From a virus, in the IMG/VR virus record IMGVR_UViG_3300029984_000008, positions 7,836 through 71,835 of that record: a DNA stretch of 64,000 bases; one strand, written 5' to 3'. Shown piece by piece: positions 60,726-64,000 of the stretch (positions are counted from its first letter, which is position 1; each line of letters begins with the position of its first letter). The notes below the pieces were generated by a model. The model was not told the DNA's origin and did not search any database. It saw only the letters and a list, made by a program, of their open reading frames with translations. The position numbers and the translations under genes were made by a program.

Positions 60726-61061
60726 ATAGTTTGAAAAATTCTTTTGATAAAAAATCACTAATAAATAAAATAAAATAGAAAATAATCCCAAATAAATTCT
60801 ACTCAATTCCTATAGTGTTTGTGTACTTTAAACTTTTTCTTTTTTTTCTAGTTTTCTACTCTACTACTACTGAAGCTTTTTTTAATAAATAATAATAATA
60901 AATAATAATAATCCTCTATATATATATAAATATATGTTGTTCAAAGTTGTAAAGAGTTGTATACAAAAGCTACTATAATATGGTAGAATTGGGTTATACA
61001 AAACTAGACAGAAGCTTATTTTTTGCCTATAGAAAATTTTGGAAGCAGGAGGAATGAGGCT

Positions 61062-61823
61062 ATGGCACTGATACGGAAACTAAAGGCAGCAATTAAACCA
61101 GTAAAGCATACAGAGGAAGACCTCAACAGAGACGAGGACAAACTAGTTAGAAGCCTACCACTGCCTGGCTCAGAGGTAGTTGAGATACTAGACGATGTAC
61201 CACCGAAGCAGGATGGCGCTTCTTATATACCACTTGAAGTCAGAGGTAGCAATGGAAAGAAGTATAAGATAGTTATACCAAGGGCCTACTATAAGTCAGT
61301 GCCTAAGGTTTGGGAATGGAATGAGCCACGATATAAAGCAGCAGAACTAATGGCAGCAGGCTGGCCTCTACGACAAGTGGCTGAGGCAGTGGGCTATAGC
61401 AGGATGACAATGTATGGATGGTTGCAGCATCCTGAGTTTAAGGAGCATGTTGACGGTCTAACACTAGAGACAGGCTGGGCCAACCAGAGAGAGAGAATAG
61501 CAGGTCTCAACAAAATAACAGCACTATTATTTGACAAAGTAATAAATGAAATAGGTCATGTTAAATTGACTGATAAAAGCATAGGTCCAGTACTGAGTGC
61601 TATCCAGACTATAGCCAAGCAGATAAGCCAGGAGAAAGGCGAGTTTGTTGAACAGACTAGTATTGAACAAAGTACCACAATCCAAGGCACACTGGGGCTT
61701 GCAGCTATACCAGTGGAAATGATGCTTAATACTAAAACAGCTGAAGAGCGCAAGGCACTAGAGGCTGAGTTTGATGCAGTGGGCAATGATATTATAAGGT
61801 CCATTACTGGAGAGAAAGAGTAA
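61062..61823 (+). CDS. Probable terminase small subunit (HTH)
   Basis: AAELMA.G..LRQVAEAVG.SR.T.Y.W.Q.PEF HTH; upstream of TerL. ATG 61062 follows AGGAGG. Confidence 0.6.
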   Translation: MALIRKLKAAIKPVKHTEEDLNRDEDKLVRSLPLPGSEVVEILDDVPPKQDGASYIPLEVRGSNGKKYKIVIPRAYYKSVPKVWEWNEPRYKAAELMAAGWPLRQVAEAVGYSRMTMYGWLQHPEFKEHVDGLTLETGWANQRERIAGLNKITALLFDKVINEIGHVKLTDKSIGPVLSAIQTIAKQISQEKGEFVEQTSIEQSTTIQGTLGLAAIPVEMMLNTKTAEERKALEAEFDAVGNDIIRSITGEKE

Positions 61824-62007
61824 AACGTTATGTAATACACTAGCCTCTACAGTATACTCAGAGGCTAGATATATCAATTGAAGAGGCTAAATTACGATGT
61901 ACAACAAAGTGTTATACAGCCTCTTCATATATACTTAATGCAGCAGGGTTACTACCCTACAGTATATGCAGCTATATGAATAATAATTACAGAGAGGATG
62001 ATAATTA

Positions 62008-62499
62008 ATGAAAAGCAGACTAACAGTATTAATAGGATTACCAAGAGCAGGTAAGAGCACCTGGGCACGTGATTATAAGACTAGCGAGGTTGTAATATCC
62101 GCTGATGAGTTTAGACAGCTAATGTATGGCCAAAGATATTATGCAGAGGGCAAGGCTATGATGTGGGCCACAAGAGATATAAGTTTAAAGATACTTATGC
62201 AGCAGGGCGTTAATATAATTATAGATGAGACTAACACCACAGTACAAGCAAGAGCTAAGCTGCTAAAGTTAGCTACTAAGTATGACTACTATGCAGAGGC
62301 TATATGGATAGATGCAACACAGTATATGTGTAGGGTAAGGGCAGCACAAGCAGACCAAAAAGACCTAATACCTATAATTGAGAAAATGAGCGACCAACTA
62401 GAGCCACCTGAGTACTCTGAGGGGTTTGGTGATATATGCTATGTAGGTAAGGACCCTGATTTAAGGGAAAAATATAGCCCACTAGGAGAGAGCAGGTGA
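62008..62499 (+). CDS. Polynucleotide-kinase-like P-loop protein (AAA_33)
   Basis: LIGLPRAGKSTW, IS.D..R, IIDETN..R and P...EGF. Confidence 0.85.
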   Translation: MKSRLTVLIGLPRAGKSTWARDYKTSEVVISADEFRQLMYGQRYYAEGKAMMWATRDISLKILMQQGVNIIIDETNTTVQARAKLLKLATKYDYYAEAIWIDATQYMCRVRAAQADQKDLIPIIEKMSDQLEPPEYSEGFGDICYVGKDPDLREKYSPLGESR

Positions 62500-62503
62500 G
62501 CAC

Positions 62504-63079
62504 ATGCAAGCCCTAACTAATGAGCAGATTCTTGAATACCAGATAAAGCATAGGCCCAGCATCTGGGCCCAGTATTACACAGGCCTCAGAGGTAAGCCTT
62601 ATAGATTCGAGCAGCTAAATAAAGATGGAAGCTATGATATAAGACGAGCTAATCAGATAAGCCCAGCAGAACAAAGCATAGGACTCAGAGGGCAGCGACA
62701 ACTATTGCAGCAGATACTAGATGACCAGCACCCACACAAAGCTACTCAAAAGTCCAGACAATGTGGTATGAGTGAGAATGAAGTTAGAGAAACCTTATGG
62801 TTTTGTGATACTCATCCATACACTAAAGCAGTATATGTATTTCCAACCTTTGACCAAGTAGCCGATTTTAGTAAGACCAGAATAGAAGAGGTTATGAAAG
62901 ACAGCCCGTATATTAAAGACCGTATGGGTATTGACGTAACCACTGGTAAGAAGAAGCAAGGTGAGGATATAGTAGATAATGTAAGGCTAAGAAGAATAGG
63001 TAGTAGCTTTATATTTTTCAGGTCAGGACATAGTGCTAAGCTCGGTGAAGGTGTTGATGCTGATGTTATCATATTCGAT
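62504..63079 (+). CDS. Terminase large subunit, exon 1
   Basis: KSRQCGMSE (Walker A), YVFPT, and VIIFD (Walker B, cut before E by the intron). Confidence 0.85.
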
Positions 63080-64000
63080 TAACAACATGGTCGAATTAAA
63101 AAGTAGCCATATGCGGGAACGTCCCGAAGACATGCATACTAACCTCAGGTAGTGATACACTGAGGGGCGAAGGGTAACGCCTTAGAGATAGTAAAAAGTG
63201 CAATGGAAGGGATAATCCGCAGGAAAGACGTACTCCTAAGGGAGTCGAATCCTCAACGACTATACGCTACTGAATGGAGATTTATTTATAATGTAGCTTG
63301 ACATTGATTGACAGGATGTAATATAATACCAGTAGAGGATATTTTATATAAAGGGGTGTTATATTATGCTATGTAAAGACTGCGGGCAAGAGTTTGATAA
63401 GCTCTATGCACCAAGTAAACAACAATGTCGCAAGTGCTATAAGAGAGAGTGGGAACGCAACGCCAACAAAGACCCTGAATTGCACAAGAAGATTAGAGCA
63501 AGGGCTAAGAGAACCTATGGAAATAATAAAGATACTATACTTCAAAGGAACAAGGCCTTCAGGGAAAAAGAATATTTTGACAGCAAGAGGCAAGAGCTAC
63601 TAATAGCGTGTAATTATACTTGTAGCAAATGTGGACAGCAGTATGATGAAAAGAACTTAACTGTACATCATAAGGACAGACATGGCAGAGGCGTTAAAGA
63701 CCCAAACAATGAGGACAGCAATCTAATAGTTGAATGCAGAAAATGCCACTGTAATGAGCACCAAGAGGAGCTTATAGCAGCACGTAAGGCTAAGTATGCA
63801 GGTCGTTGGGCTAGGAACTACGATTGTTGTACTATGTGTGGTACTACTCAAACTAAGCACAATAGCGGAGGCCTATGTAGGAACTGCTATATGAGAGCAC
63901 GTAATAAGAATCAAAAGGGATGATATAGTCTAGTCCGACCTCTTCAGTGGGTGACTATTGAAGAGGTGTCAAAGTACCTAGTAATAGGCGGTGGAATCGG
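63080..64000 (+). mobile_element. Group I intron in terL (3' end probably beyond the window)
   Basis: P1 attcgaT/Gtcgaat with U.G; R element cctcaacgacta (~63251); S element gatatagtctag (~63922). Confidence 0.85.
63366..63923 (+). CDS. Intron-encoded HNH homing endonuclease
   Basis: CSKCG..LTVHHKD..NN..SNL..CRKCH..H with flanking Zn fingers; internal promoter TTGACA-18-TATAAT at 63298-63327. Confidence 0.85.
   Translation: MLCKDCGQEFDKLYAPSKQQCRKCYKREWERNANKDPELHKKIRARAKRTYGNNKDTILQRNKAFREKEYFDSKRQELLIACNYTCSKCGQQYDEKNLTVHHKDRHGRGVKDPNNEDSNLIVECRKCHCNEHQEELIAARKAKYAGRWARNYDCCTMCGTTQTKHNSGGLCRNCYMRARNKNQKG

Noticed and set aside
1-64000. tRNA or rRNA genes
   Set aside because: No cloverleaf with a GTTCRA T-loop or rRNA-like segment was recognised in the intergenic gaps; tRNAscan-SE was not run.

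Overview
This 64-kb window is part of a large AT-rich bacteriophage genome with a contractile tail. It is most likely a temperate phage-plasmid of a spore-forming Clostridium-like host; host and lifestyle are inferred, not shown. Layout: baseplate, tail-fibre and holin genes (1-9.6 kb); HU and a RepA_N initiator with internal 23-bp iterons (9.7-11 kb); a replication and nucleotide-metabolism block (SNF2 helicase, AEP primase-MCM helicase fusion, PolA split by a group I intron, Tmk-like kinase, RuvC, class II RNR, dUTPase, Cas4-like nuclease; 14-35 kb); clusters of small cassette-like genes; and the start of the packaging module (TerS, and TerL split by a second group I intron). The most striking element is a minus-strand island at 40.7-47.2 kb. 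It encodes ParM/ParR behind a near-perfect sigma-H promoter and a membrane hydrolase behind a sigma-G promoter. It also carries an operon behind a sigma-K/E-type (mother-cell) promoter that encodes a protein ending in a SpoIIIAC-like domain, a small membrane protein, a VirD4/TraG-like ATPase and a replication-relaxation nuclease. This suggests a phage system that moves its DNA into the developing spore; this is a hypothesis. Other features the gene list does not explain: two ~170-bp palindrome-armed elements in inverted orientation (12.8 kb and 60.6 kb), a 33-bp promoter-like motif in 9 copies, 10-bp-phased TTGT boxes at 8 promoters, a stand-alone ClpX zinc-binding domain missed by the ORF track, and apparent GATC avoidance. 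All family assignments come from recognising motifs by eye; no database search was run.
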